A DNA stretch of 64,000 nt from assembly GCA_054600435.1 (NCBI GenBank), contig BAAIJX010000008.1:248001-312000 (forward strand), given 5' to 3'. Positions 35,647 through 47,336 of the stretch are shown here, in pieces. Source of the stretch: Neophaeotheca triangularis (taxonomy: Eukaryota). Within the stretch, counting starts at the first letter, position 1. The number at the start of each line of letters is the position of its first letter. The position numbers and the translations under genes were made by a program. The notes below the pieces were generated by a model. It saw only the letters and a program-made list of their open reading frames with translations. It was not told the DNA's origin and ran no database searches.

Positions 35647-36342
35647 ATGGCCGAAAAGCGCCTGATGACCGAGTTCAAAGACCTCTCAAAACAAACATGG
35701 ACCAATATCTCCCTCGTCAACGAAAACGTCTTTGACTGGTCCGTCGCCCTCATCGTGCTAAACCCTGACTCAGTCTACTACGGCGCCTACTTCGAAGCCA
35801 TCATGAGATTCCCCCAAGACTACCCCTTCAGCCCACCGGACTTCCGCTTCAAAAAGCCCCTCTGGCACCCCAACGTCTACCCCGACGGCCGGCTCTGCAT
35901 CAGCATCCTCCACCAGCCCGGTGAAGACCTCATGTCCGGCGAGCTCGCGTCGGAGCGCTGGAGCCCCGCCCAGAGCGTCGAGAGCGTACTCATCTCCATC
36001 CTCAGCCTGCTCGACGACGCCGAGGTCAACAGCCCGGCCAACGTCGACGCGGGCGTCATGCTGCGCAAGGAGCCCGAGGCTTACAAGGAGCGCGCGCGTC
36101 GCGATGTCGAGAAGAGCAAGGAGGACATTCCCGCCGGTTTCGTCATGCCCACGAGTGAGAGCGCTTTCAAACAGGAGAACAAGGAGATGGATGATTTCAA
36201 TTGGGATGACAGCGACGCTGAGGACGATTTTGGTGGGTCGGAATCGGATGATGAGATGGAGATGTATGATGAGGATGACGAGGATAACCCGGATGTCAGC
36301 CCGGATGAGGAGAGTGAGGATGACGAGAAGAAGCGCCGTTAG
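35647..36342 (+). CDS. CDC34: Ubiquitin-conjugating enzyme E2, Cdc34/Ubc3-like
   Basis: WHPNVYPDGRLCISILH active-site Cys, acidic-loop insertion PGEDLMSGELASERWSP, and long acidic C-terminal tail. Confidence 0.8.
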   Translation: MAEKRLMTEFKDLSKQTWTNISLVNENVFDWSVALIVLNPDSVYYGAYFEAIMRFPQDYPFSPPDFRFKKPLWHPNVYPDGRLCISILHQPGEDLMSGELASERWSPAQSVESVLISILSLLDDAEVNSPANVDAGVMLRKEPEAYKERARRDVEKSKEDIPAGFVMPTSESAFKQENKEMDDFNWDDSDAEDDFGGSESDDEMEMYDEDDEDNPDVSPDEESEDDEKKRR

Positions 36343-36872
36343 AGAAATTTAGGGGGATGCAGAGGCTTTTTGCTACGACAGTGGTGGTGGTGGTGCAGCT
36401 GTGATGTTGACGGATGCGAACACGAATCTTGGGACTGTTTTTCGAGCGCGGAGTTTGGCGCTTTTGCTGCGGAGCATGATAGTGGGAAACCCCTAGCTTA
36501 TGGGAGGGGATGCTCTACCGAACGAGTGTCTTCCATGCTTGCTTGCCGCTGCTTTTGCGAACCATCTAGCATGATAGATTTACCGTGGCTCATAACTATG
36601 CTCTTTCACATGCCGTTTTGCATGCCTTTGATGTGCCAAGTTTATCTTATGTCACCCATATGATCCATGGGTTTCTTCATCCATTATAATTCTCTGGTTG
36701 TCCTTATGGATTGTCTTCAATTACATCTTGTAACACTTAACGTCGTCGTCGCCTTGTAGGTTACCTAGGTAGGTCTATATCCTAATTCGCCTCTACAAGG
36801 CATGTGACGTATGGTGGCACGGGCCTGTGTTAATGTCTCGTCTTACTAGGAGGTAGCAGCGTATCAAGCTTG

Positions 36873-38046
36873 CCTAGGACGGTCGTACATACCTACGAAG
36901 ACTCGGATTCCTGTCCCTACGGCCTCGCCTAAACTTCTACCTAAGTATTCTTTACTTACTTACCTATAACAGCTCTCTCAAAATGCGACGGCGACCTCTC
37001 GGTGCGACAACCTCTCGGAATGCGACGACCTCTCGGAATGCGACGACCTCTTAGTACGACAACCTCTCGAAATGCGACGGCGACCTCTCGAACTACGATG
37101 GCGACCTACTACGACCTCTCGAAATGCGACGACCTCTCGAACTACGACGGCGACCTCTCGAATTGCGACGACCTCTCGAATTACGACGACCTCTCGAAAT
37201 GCGACGACCTCTCGACTCGGAACTACGACGGCGACCTCTCGAACTACGACGGCGACCTACTACGACCTCTCGAAATGCGACGACCTCTCGAACTACGATG
37301 GCGACCTACTACGACCTCTCGAAATGCGACGACCTCTCGAACTACGACGGCAACCTACTACGACCTCTCGAAATGCGACGACCTCTCAAAAAAAAAGAAG
37401 ATACTCTTATAGGCCTAGGAGGGGGAAACATAAAATTCGTTATATTTCTTCTATTACCTAGGAAGATAGGTAGGTATTATATCTTATACTAGGGTATCTT
37501 AATTCTTAAGGCGGTTATATCTTCTTAAGGCGGTTATATCTTAAGGCCGTTATATCTCGACTCGGAGGTAGTAGTCCTAGTTATATTCTAAAAGGGCATA
37601 GTTATATCGAGAGGGCGCGGTTATATTTCGAGAGGGTAGGGTCGTATCGAGAGGGCACGGTCGCATTTCGAGAGGGCGTACCGGTCGTATTCCGAGAGGG
37701 CGTAGTTATATCGAGAGGGTATAGTTATATTTTAAGAGGGCGCGCCGGTCGTATTTCAAGAGGGCGCGCCGGTCGCATTTCGAGAGGGCGCGCTAGTCGC
37801 ATTTCGAGAGGGCGCGGAGAGCGTAGTTACCTTTTAAGAAGACGCGGTTATATTAAGAGGGCGCGGCCGCATTTGAAAAGGTCGTAGTAGTATTAAGAGG
37901 TCGCCGTCGCATTTCGAGAGGTCGTAGCTATATTGAAAGGTTACTGTTACATCTCGAGAGAGTTATTATAGGTAAAGAATAGAAGTTCAAGCGAGGCCGT
38001 AGGGATAGGAATCCGAGTCTTCGTAGGAGTGTACGACCGTCCTAGG
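36873..38046. mobile_element. Non-autonomous TIR (MITE/foldback-like) DNA element with inverted subterminal tandem arrays, RIP-mutated
   Basis: Left end CCTAGGACGGTCGTACA..CCTACGAAGACTCGGATTCCT.TCCCTACGGCCTCGC is the reverse complement of the right end; internal arrays of CCTCTCGAAATGCGAC (left) and GTCGCATTTCGAGAGG (right); no transposase ORF. Confidence 0.85.
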
Positions 38047-38276
38047 TGCTCTTTTGCTTCGAGAAACACAGCTCTATCAAACAACACAACCTACAGAAAC
38101 GACAACAATGGCTGGCAAACGCCCACTCCACCCGCTCATGAGACCTAGCAAGCTGCGCTTCTCCACACTGTAAAGCCAGGAAATTGCGGTTATGCTTCAT
38201 CGTTTTCGATCAGAATTGACCCCATTACTCCCCCTCTAGGCCCAACAGATCTCCCGAGAAACAAAACACCGCAACC

Positions 38277-40801
38277 ATGCCGGAACCGAGCAATGAGGAC
38301 ATTGAGAATGTCATGTCCTTTGCGGCTTGTGACCACGACACAGCAACCAGATATCTCAAGGTAGGTCAACTCCACTTTATCTTGAAGTGAAGGTAGCCAA
38401 AACACACGTGGCGCATGGCATTTGCTAAGAGACATCTTATCCGCAGGTCAAAGATAACAACATCGAAGCTGCGGTAAACAGTATTCTTGACGGGGAAGAT
38501 ATCAGCAAAGAGGAAAACAAAACCAAAGGCTGGGATGAATCCGTCTTCTCAGGCGACCGTGAAGGAGAGAAGAACAACAACAACAATGCCAGCAGTACAC
38601 AACTCCACGCTCTAGGCGCCAGTGCCGCTCCCACGCGCGGCAACTCTCCGGCGCCCTCCCTTACCAACCCCACTAACAAAGCTGACGAAGACTCCCAACT
38701 AGCGGCCGCAATGGCAGCCAGCCGCGAGCAAGCGGGCATGCCCTTCCAGCAAGAGACCGGCGTCGTGAGCGCAGACGGCCAGCAATTCGGACCGGCGAAT
38801 AGAGACCAATACGACCCCAGCCAATGGGCTCTCACTACCACAGCATCCACCACAGCAAAGCCCATCGAGAGCGAGGAAATCATCCCCGATCTCGAGCCCG
38901 AGCAGCGCAAACACGAGGCGGACACCCCCCGTTTCTTGAAACACTCGCCCTTTGGCGACTACCTGCCGAACCTCCTCACCATCTGCCACCACGCCGTGCC
39001 CGGCGCGAGGGAGGCGCTGCTGCTGCGCCAGCACGTCAAGGACGATTACGGTCAAGATGAGGAATGGTGGAGAGGGCACACGATTGCGGCGCCGAGGATT
39101 GTGAATATTGGTGAAAACAGTGGTGCGGATTCTGCGGCAGAGGATCGTGAGGCTTTGCTCATGGAGCTTCAGCGGTTGATGGCGCTGCTGGATGCGAGTG
39201 ATAGGAGTTATGCGAGTGCTGAGGCTTTGAGGAGATGTAATGTGCTTGCTGGTGGGGAGCAGTGGGGTTCTGGCTACGGGAGGGGGAGGCTGGAGCAGTT
39301 TGTGAAGGCGTGGGAGGAGATTGCGGGGACGTCGGGAGGGGCCGGGGAGCAGGCGGCGGGGATGTTTCAGACGGTTGTCGGGACTAGCGCCGCTGAAGGG
39401 ATGGTGACGCCGAGGATGGAGGTCGTGGAGATGGCTGTTAAGAAAGGGGAGGATGAGCATAAGCCGCAGTTGCAGGAGTTGTTGGACGACTTGCTTTGGG
39501 ATACTGATCCGAGTGGGGAAGCTTCGGCGGACAATTGGATTGAGAAGCCGGCGGATGTGTTGGTCATGAGGGTGTACCAGCAGGATGCTAGTGAAGGGCA
39601 GGTCGGACTGGAGATTCCTGCTGCTTTCCACGTCGACAAGTATCTCAAGGAGAACGTGGAGGCTACGCGGGCTGTACGCAAGGAGATGATGAAAAGGAGG
39701 CAGCGTCTGGCGCAGCTTTCGAGCATCGAGGACAAGCTAAAATATCGCAAGCATCCTACAATCGGCGCGCAGCTGGATGCTTTGGCGATGCTCAGGCAGA
39801 CTCAGGGTCATTTCTCCGGCCGCAACAAGGCTGAAGTAGAGGAGGCTGCCATGGCAAACGGCGTACCAGCGACACCTACATCTACAGACGAGCGCCCTGC
39901 ACATTACCCTGATACAGCTGAGAGGCTGCAGGGTGTCATCGACCGCATCAACGACAAGCTCGTCACCCTCGCCTCCGAGAAAGAAAAGACCCGCAAAGCC
40001 ATTTCCGAAATGTCTAAAACCCCTCCACCAGAACTCCAGTCCCACGGACTCAAATACCGCTACACCCTCCGCGGCGTCTCCACGAAACCTCACATCACCT
40101 ACGTCCTCCACCCCGCCGAAGACCCCGACTCCGCCGAAGACGCAATGGAAACGCAACAAGACGACGACACGACGCCCCCAGGCTGGCAATGGTGGCGCAT
40201 CGACTACGAAGTGCAACCTCACGGCTCAGGCGCGCGCGCAAACGTGACCAAAACCGCCGACTACGATGTGCTGCGCGCCGTGGAGCTCGAGCACAAGGAA
40301 GCGCTGCTCGTCTACGCCTCGGACCGCTTCAGCGACATCACTTCCATGGACCCGAACCTGCCGCACCCTCTGCACCAATTCATCCAAAAAGACGACGCCT
40401 TCTTCCACGCCGAGCTCCAGAACGCGGCCGCCTGGTCACACCCCGAATCCACCAGTTTTACCGATTTCCAGGCCGCGCCTTTACGCGAACGCCGGTTCTC
40501 AAACAATAGCACCACGGTTCAAGGGGGTGATAGCCCGCCCAGCTACGATGATGTCAATTTTGACACTCGGCAAGGGTTTGGGTTGCCGCCTGCGGGTGAT
40601 ATCAAGCAAGGGGAGCATTATGAGGGTGGTGAAGAGGGTACGCCCGTGCATGAGATTCATCTCGACGATGGCGATGCTCAGGGAGAAATGGTCGAGAGGG
40701 ATGGGAGCAAGGGGTTTAGGTCTAGTATCGTGCAGCAGGGCGAGCAGGATGGTGGTGATGGTGCGGCGGGTGGTGCGCGGGGGAGTACGACGTACGGGTA
40801 A
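38277..40801 (+). CDS. UBA-like + ubiquitin-interacting-motif protein (Rup1-like); intron 38361-38446
   Basis: N-terminal UBA-like EDIENVMSFA..ATRYLK|VKDNNIEAAVNSIL, UIM EDSQLAAAMAAS, C-terminal YTLRGVST/WWRI inactive-USP-like segment. Confidence 0.7.
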
Positions 40802-42085
40802 GTTTTTGGAAAGTTTTGAAAGGGGTTCGGTGGAAAGACTGGGCGAAGGCTGAAGGGCTGAGCTGGGTTTCTGTCGTGCTTGTACGGCGCTAATTTGCAT
40901 CTTTCCTGCCTAGCGATCGCGAACGCGTTGGTGCTTGGGACGTCGATCGTGAGTGTTACCGTCCTGGGCTGTGGTGAGCTTCCTTCAGCACAGCAGACGG
41001 GCTTGGGTTCGACTGGCGATGGCGGCAGATCTGGACGGCAGGCCGGCTACCTGCGATGGCATGTAGTCGCATGGGATGAAACGAGGCAACTGGCCTACGC
41101 CCCGGCGCAATACACTCCCGATCTCGACTACGGGCTTTACAAGACAATAGTAGCAGGTGGACGCAAGCGATTGGCAACGACCTAGTGGGGCAGGCAATCG
41201 TTCCGCCAAGCGCATCGGATTCGGCAGTGAATGATAGAACGCTGCGGTCTCGGTGCGTGAGACCGACGGAGCAAGCAAGACCAAAGGAAAAAAGGGGGGG
41301 GGGGGGGGGAGAACAAAACCCAGAACCCATGCTAGAGGTAGAGACTAGTTACCCTAGGTAGTAGCGCCTCTCGAAGCGAATTAGCAGGGCGATGAACCCC
41401 ACTGCTCCCCCATTATATGATTATCCCAACTCTCACAGCTGCATCCATGATCGATAGTCGAGTTACGAAAGGGGGCTAGCACGAACCGTCTCGCCCTTTT
41501 TACTGAACGCTCGCGCCGCTGCAATCGCGCTAGCTGTCGTCTGTGGTTCTCCGACTACCGAGCGAGTCCGTTGGTGCTGCTAGTTGGCGTCTTATATTAA
41601 GGCCTATGTACCGTATCGTACTACTACTAACTTGGTACTACGACTACGGCAAACGATGGTAGGAGGTAGCGGCCTGTAGGAGTAATTGTGTGCTGTGTAT
41701 GTATTATTGTCGTATGTATTGTATTGTATGTATGTATGTAGATAGGTGGGTGGGTAGGTAGGTAGGTAAGTATCTATCTAGTGGATAGACTATAGGGTTT
41801 CTAGCACGTCGGGTTGTGGACTCGCGAGGTTCTTTGGAGCCCTTTTTATTGTTGTTAACTCTTTATTATTATTAGGCGGGCGGGCTATTACCTTCTTACT
41901 ACTATACTATCCAATCCTCGCCTTGTCGTTTTTGCTTCTTCTGGTAGGAAGTATTTCCTTTTACCCAAGAGGGTATTTATATCTTTGTATTTATTTCTTT
42001 TCTTTTTTGTTTCTTTCCTGCTTTGGTACTCGTTCGTCTAGGAAGGGACGTTTGTTTATTGCTTTCTTAAGGCTGTGAGTACGGC

Positions 42086-42086
<1 letters not shown>

Positions 42087-42131
<45 letters not shown>
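42087..42131. repeat. (GA)n microsatellite; TATG/TAGG repeats also at ~41700-41770
   Basis: Direct reading of the sequence. Confidence 0.9.
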
Positions 42132-42628
42132 CAGACTTCTTCGCTGTGTGACGTGGCAGTTCTTCTTGGGTGCATTTGCATTCGCATTTGCATTTGTATG
42201 TGCATGCTCTGCTCTGCTCTGCTCAGTCCTCAGGCCGTCGATCGCGTGTTCTTTGGCATCCTTGTCGTCCATCACGCGTTCGCAGCCTCCAGACTTACTT
42301 ACAGTACTTACCCTTGCCGCCCTACGACCTGCCCTGCAACTTGCAGCTTGCAACTTGCCACTTTGACTGTGAGCGCTGCTTGTGATTCACATACATATGC
42401 CACTTTTGGCTTCGGCGGGGAGAGAAACGGTTTCCGTCATACGCTGACTTGGTCTTCATCTTCACGCGTTGCTCGTGAGTGGACTTAGGTTTGTGAGAGA
42501 GATATATATACATATATCCGGCTAGTTACCGGCTGCCGACCTACCTACCTCATCCGCGCCAGCTTATTATTATTACTTCACTACTGCCCGGAATTACATG
42601 ACTGGCAGCCCCAGCGGCAAAACCAAAC

Positions 42629-45243
42629 ATGGCGGAGCTGGTCAAGGGCAGCGGCAACGGCAGCGGCGGCATGGGCGACCTGGAAAAAGAGCTCTCGTGC
42701 TCGGTACGTCCAACCAACCTATCCAACTTCCTCCATACACACCTTCCGAACCCCCACTAACCAACCCACCCCTTGTCCCCGACGCACAGATCTGCACCGA
42801 GGTCCTCTTCCAACCCCTCACCCTCCTCGACTGCTTACACACTTTCTGCGGCTCCTGCCTCAAAGAATGGTTCCAATGGCAAGCCGCCTCGGCCTCGCAG
42901 AACCGCCGTCACGGCCCGCACGCTTCCCCTTACACTTGCCCCGCTTGCAGGGCTTTTGTCCGGGGCACGCGGCCGAATGCCACCGTCACGACGCTGTTGG
43001 AGATGTTCCTCAAAGCTCACCCCGAGCGGGGGAAGAACGAGGATGAGGCGAGGGAGTTGCGGGCGCTTTATAAACCGGGAGATGATGTTTTGCCTGCCGT
43101 TGGGGGAGGGGGGGAGGAGGAGGAGGAGGACAGTGGGGATGAGAGGCTGCTGGCGCAGGTGCGGGAGCTGAGTATGGCTAGTGTGGGAGAGAGGGAGAGG
43201 CGGGCGCGAAGGACGGGAGCACGGGGCCCGGGGGAGCGGAGGGCGAGGGAGGAGCGCTTGGAGCACCAGCCTAGTTTGCGGAGTTTGGTCATGGCGAGCG
43301 ATGCCGATTCGCAGGAAATGCAGGAGGCGATTATGGCGCAGATTGTGAGCGAGGGCTTGTTGGATGGGGTCGATTTGGAGGCTTTGACGCGCGAGCAGGA
43401 GGAGGAGCTCACGGAGAGGATTGCTTTGGCTTATCAGCGGAGGCAGAGGGGGAGGGATCGGCCGCGGAGTCGGGGGACGAGAAGTGGCCAGCAGCAGCGG
43501 CGGGAGGGGAGGGAGAGGTCGCCCGTGGTGCAGGAGAGGGCTAGGCATCATCGCAGGAACGAGAGCGCGTCGAATCAGCCCGGAGCGGGAAGGGCGAGGC
43601 CGCCAGTTTCGAGACCGCATATCTTTGAGCAGGCTCAGCAGCCTTCTGCGAGGGCCCGCAGTGGGAGGCGTTCGAGCAGTCAGTCGAGTCCGAGGACGCC
43701 GCGCTCGGCTTACAATGTCGACGGGCCTGCTGCGAGGACACCGGCGGCGCGGTCTGCTACTGATCTTTCGACACGGCCAAGGGGTGAGGAAGTTGAGCGG
43801 GAGAGACCGCGTTCGAGGAGGTCGTCGAATGCGAGTCGGAGGACTAATACCGATCCTGAAGGCGCGAGGGCTGCTGCACGTGTCTATAGAAATCGCACCG
43901 ATACTGGTGGATCACAGGGTTCTATTCACTTGGCTGGGGTTGGAAGGAGGCGGTCTGGACCAATAGGCCCAAGTAACAACAGCAGTCCGTCACTGCATTC
44001 CCAGACTCGAAGCTCGGATGACAGTACGAATGGCAGGCACACAATACGGCCGGCGACTTCGTCTGCTGCATTCGCTCCGGAACCTACGACTCTACAGCCT
44101 TCGTCACAACAGCATCAAGTACCCCGATCGACGGAGGATGGAACCACAAACACAGTACCTTCCATCTCCTGCAACCGATGCGAGAAGGCCGAAATCCAAC
44201 ACGACCTCCACTACCATTGCAACAAATGCTCCGACGGCCACTACAACATCTGCCTAACCTGCTACCGCGCCGGTCAAGGCTGCAACCACTGGTTCGGCTT
44301 CGGCTACTCCGCCCTCTACCGCTGGCAACGCGCAGCTCCTAAAGAAGGCTGGCCCCCCAACCCCGAACGCCCACACATCCTCACCGCGCGCCGCTACCCG
44401 TGCCCCTCACTAACCAACCCCTCCCAAACAACTCCCGAAGAAGGCGCCTTTTGCGAACGCTGCCTCTCCAACGCCAACCCCTGCTACTGGCACTGCACCC
44501 TCTGCCTCGAAGGGGCCTGGGGCTTCTGCGCCCCCTGCGTCCAGCGAGGCCACCACTGCACGCACCCCCTGCTGCCGCTCGCCCACATTCGCTCGCTCCC
44601 ACCCTCCCACCACCCAGATCCGACCAAAACATCCTTCATCTCCCTCCCACACCTCCAGCCCGACACCTACCTCGTCCTCCCCATCAGCACCGCTTGCGAC
44701 CTCTGCGCCCGTCCCATCGCCCCGAACAACACCCGCTTCCACTGCCACGAATGCAACGCAGGCAACTACGACGTCTGCACCCCCTGCTACCGCGGCCTCG
44801 TCGCGCAGAACAAACTCAAGCCCGCTGACGGGCCGAACGGATGGCGCAGGTGTCCGGTCGGCGGCCACCGCATGGCGGTCTTGGGGTTCCAGGACACAGG
44901 CTCCACAGTAGGCGGGCAGCAGCTGGTGACAGTGCGCGAGGTCGTGGGCGGATGGGCTCTCAAGGAAGATGGAGAGCAAGGAGCGGGTGTTGGTGGTAGT
45001 GGTGCCGGCCAGAGCGCGGGCAACAAAGCGAGCGAGGGAGTGCTCTTACCCCCCGATGGCGGCGTGGGGTTGCGCTGTCTGGCGCTTTGGAGCTATTTCC
45101 CTGCCCACGGGGTGCTGGATGAGGTCGGTTTCCCCAAGAATGCTGAGGTCAGGGAGGTGGAGTTGATTAATGCCGATTGGGGTTGGGGGGTTTATGCGGG
45201 AGCCAAGGGACTGTTTCCGTTGAACCATGTTAGAGTTTTGTAG
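42629..45243 (+). CDS. RING-finger E3 ligase-like protein with ZZ-type zinc fingers and C-terminal SH3; intron 42704-42789
   Basis: Spliced LEKELSCS|ICTEVLFQPLTLLDCLHTFCGSC..CPACR RING; three CxxC..HC..C..Y..C ZZ-like units; SH3 ALWSYFP..WGWGVYAGAKGLFPLNHV. Confidence 0.85.
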
Positions 45244-46169
45244 GGGTGGGCTGGGGTGGGTTAGATTGGGTTGTGCGTGGACGATGGGTGCGCTTCGATG
45301 ATGAGTCGCAATGTGATTTCTATAGAGATTCTTTTTCCGAGACGTCGATGCATGTGTCATGAATAGATGCTTATGAAAAACCCATGTATTTCCGCTTCAC
45401 GGACGAGCCTGTGTGAGCGTTGGTGGTGGTGGCGGGTGTGCTAAATGAAGTCTTCATCATAGAGTCCGTTTACCTACAGCAGCCTCTAGAGTATCACTCT
45501 CATCACCCACCCTCCCCTCCCTCCCCCACCCCACAATTGCCGTACATGCCATGTGTGGGTGTCTTCGTCACCGGGAGATAATGTCTCAAGAACCGTGACA
45601 ACGACGACTGAACAAAAAAGAAACTCGCCCTCTGCCTGCCTTTTTTTTGACACTTTAGCCACCGCCATCCAAACTAAACCTCGCTTCGCCAGCGCAAGCT
45701 TCCGAGTCGTGTCTTTACGCACGCCTATTGTGTTGTAGCTCGATCAAATCATACAAACAAATTCAAGTGCTGCTGTGGCGAGCACGAATGCGGACGGGGG
45801 GGGGGTTACTTGCGCGTGAGGGACGAGGATGGAGGCCCTTTTAACAGTGTCTTGTGTTGGCTATCGAGTCTAGATGGCGCTGGGGGTCGGGGGTTTCTTC
45901 GTCGAAAGGACGGAAAGAGAATTTCGACTCGAGGCGGTGCGGCAATGGAATCTTGGTACTCGTGACGAAAGGTCTGGAGTCTTTTCCGAGCTTTTGCGTC
46001 GCGTATTCTGGGTGGGTTCATGTGGTGGCCAGTATTCGCGAGAGCTAGTCGTCGGCGGTTCTAAGTCATCGTTTGGATAGGAACCCACCAGACTAGAGTC
46101 TGGGGTTCCAGAGGCGACACTTTCGCAGAACGACAGCACAACCTGCGTCCGCGTCGTAGATTCAATGCT

Positions 46170-47336
46170 CTAGCACTGATAGACAATGCCACTCTTCTTG
46201 ACCTCCGCCTTGCCACCGCCCGCAAACCCCGTTCCCTCACAGCAAAGCTCTACAAGCCCCCTCTCGACCTTGCTTTTCTCTTTCTTATCCTTCTTGCCCT
46301 CCTTGTCGCTCTTCTTGGCTCTCCTACCACCTGTGACGTCCTCTTGGCAAACATAGCACCTCACAGTAGAATCGTAAATCTCATCGTGTGCAGACTTCTC
46401 CGGTGGGCTCTGAAACTTGTCGCTGCACGGCTTGCACAGTACATGTCCGCAAGGTTTTCCCAGAACCGCTTTTGTGGAGTTGGAGAGAGATTTGGAGCAA
46501 CTCGGACATATAGCGGTCGGCTGCTCGTTGCTCTCGCTGCTCTTCTTGCCGGCTGTGTCTCGAATGCTGAATTTGACATCCACCAGCCCCTTCAGACTGA
46601 ACTCGTGCGGCTCCTGGGGAGAAGAAGCAGGACAGGTCGCATGCTGCTTCGGGGCCTTGCGATCCGGCTTTTGGTTGTCGGGAATCTTACTCGGCACCCA
46701 AAACGACGGCAACTCCGGCTTCGCGCCCTCCTCAGCCAACATCACCCGCTTAGTCTTCTCGACATCCTCTCTCGCAAGCCTAACCAATTCCTCCTCGTCC
46801 ATCTCGAACTTCCTCTTGGACCCCTTGGCACCAGCATCCGCGCGCTGTTCAACAATAACCTTCCCACCCTCACGGCCGACAACCTTCTCCCCAGCACCCC
46901 TCGCGCTCAGCCCCGCCTGCACCCTCTCAAAATCCTCAACCGCTCTCGCTCTAGCCCTCGCATCCTCTTCCTCCCTCTCCCGAGCCTCATCCACGATCCC
47001 CCTCTCCCAAGCCCTCTTGGCGCGCTTCAGCTCCTCATTCTGCGCCAACAGATTGCTAACGGCGCACTCGCGGCAGAAGAGATGGCCGTGTGAAGCGCAG
47101 CTGACGGGTTCGCGCGCGGGCAGTTGGCAGAGCAGACATGAGCCGAAGGGGAGGAAGGAGTCGCGTGAGAGGCGGGCGGTTTTGGAGCCCCAGGTTCCTT
47201 TCAAGGCGTCGCGTTCGTGGGCTGTGAAGAAGGCGAGGGAGGTGTTTCTTTTGCATGCGCGAGGGTTTTAGTCGTGGGGGGGTACTTTTGGGGCGGGGTT
47301 TTCTGGTTTTGCGAGGGAGAGCTTACTGTGGGACAT
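46170..47336 (-). CDS. NOSIP-like RING/U-box protein; exon 1 47336-47327, exon 2 47254-46170
   Basis: Reconstructed MSHSKRNTSLAFFTAHER..RLSRDSFLPFGSCLLC N-terminus, LPSFWVPS, C-terminal CPSC..CGHVLC..CYVC..EGTGFAGGG; the acceptor is anomalous (see findings). Confidence 0.8.

Noticed and set aside
37002..37492. Repetitive ORFs (YYDLSKCDDLSN / MRRPLE) and a CRISPR-like appearance
   Set aside because: They are by-products of the tandem array, which is open in all three frames. There are no unique spacers or cas genes and the context is eukaryotic.
41491..41506. TCGCCCTTTTTACT resembling U5 snRNA loop I
   Set aside because: Not the invariant GCCTTTTAC; no flanking stem or Sm site.
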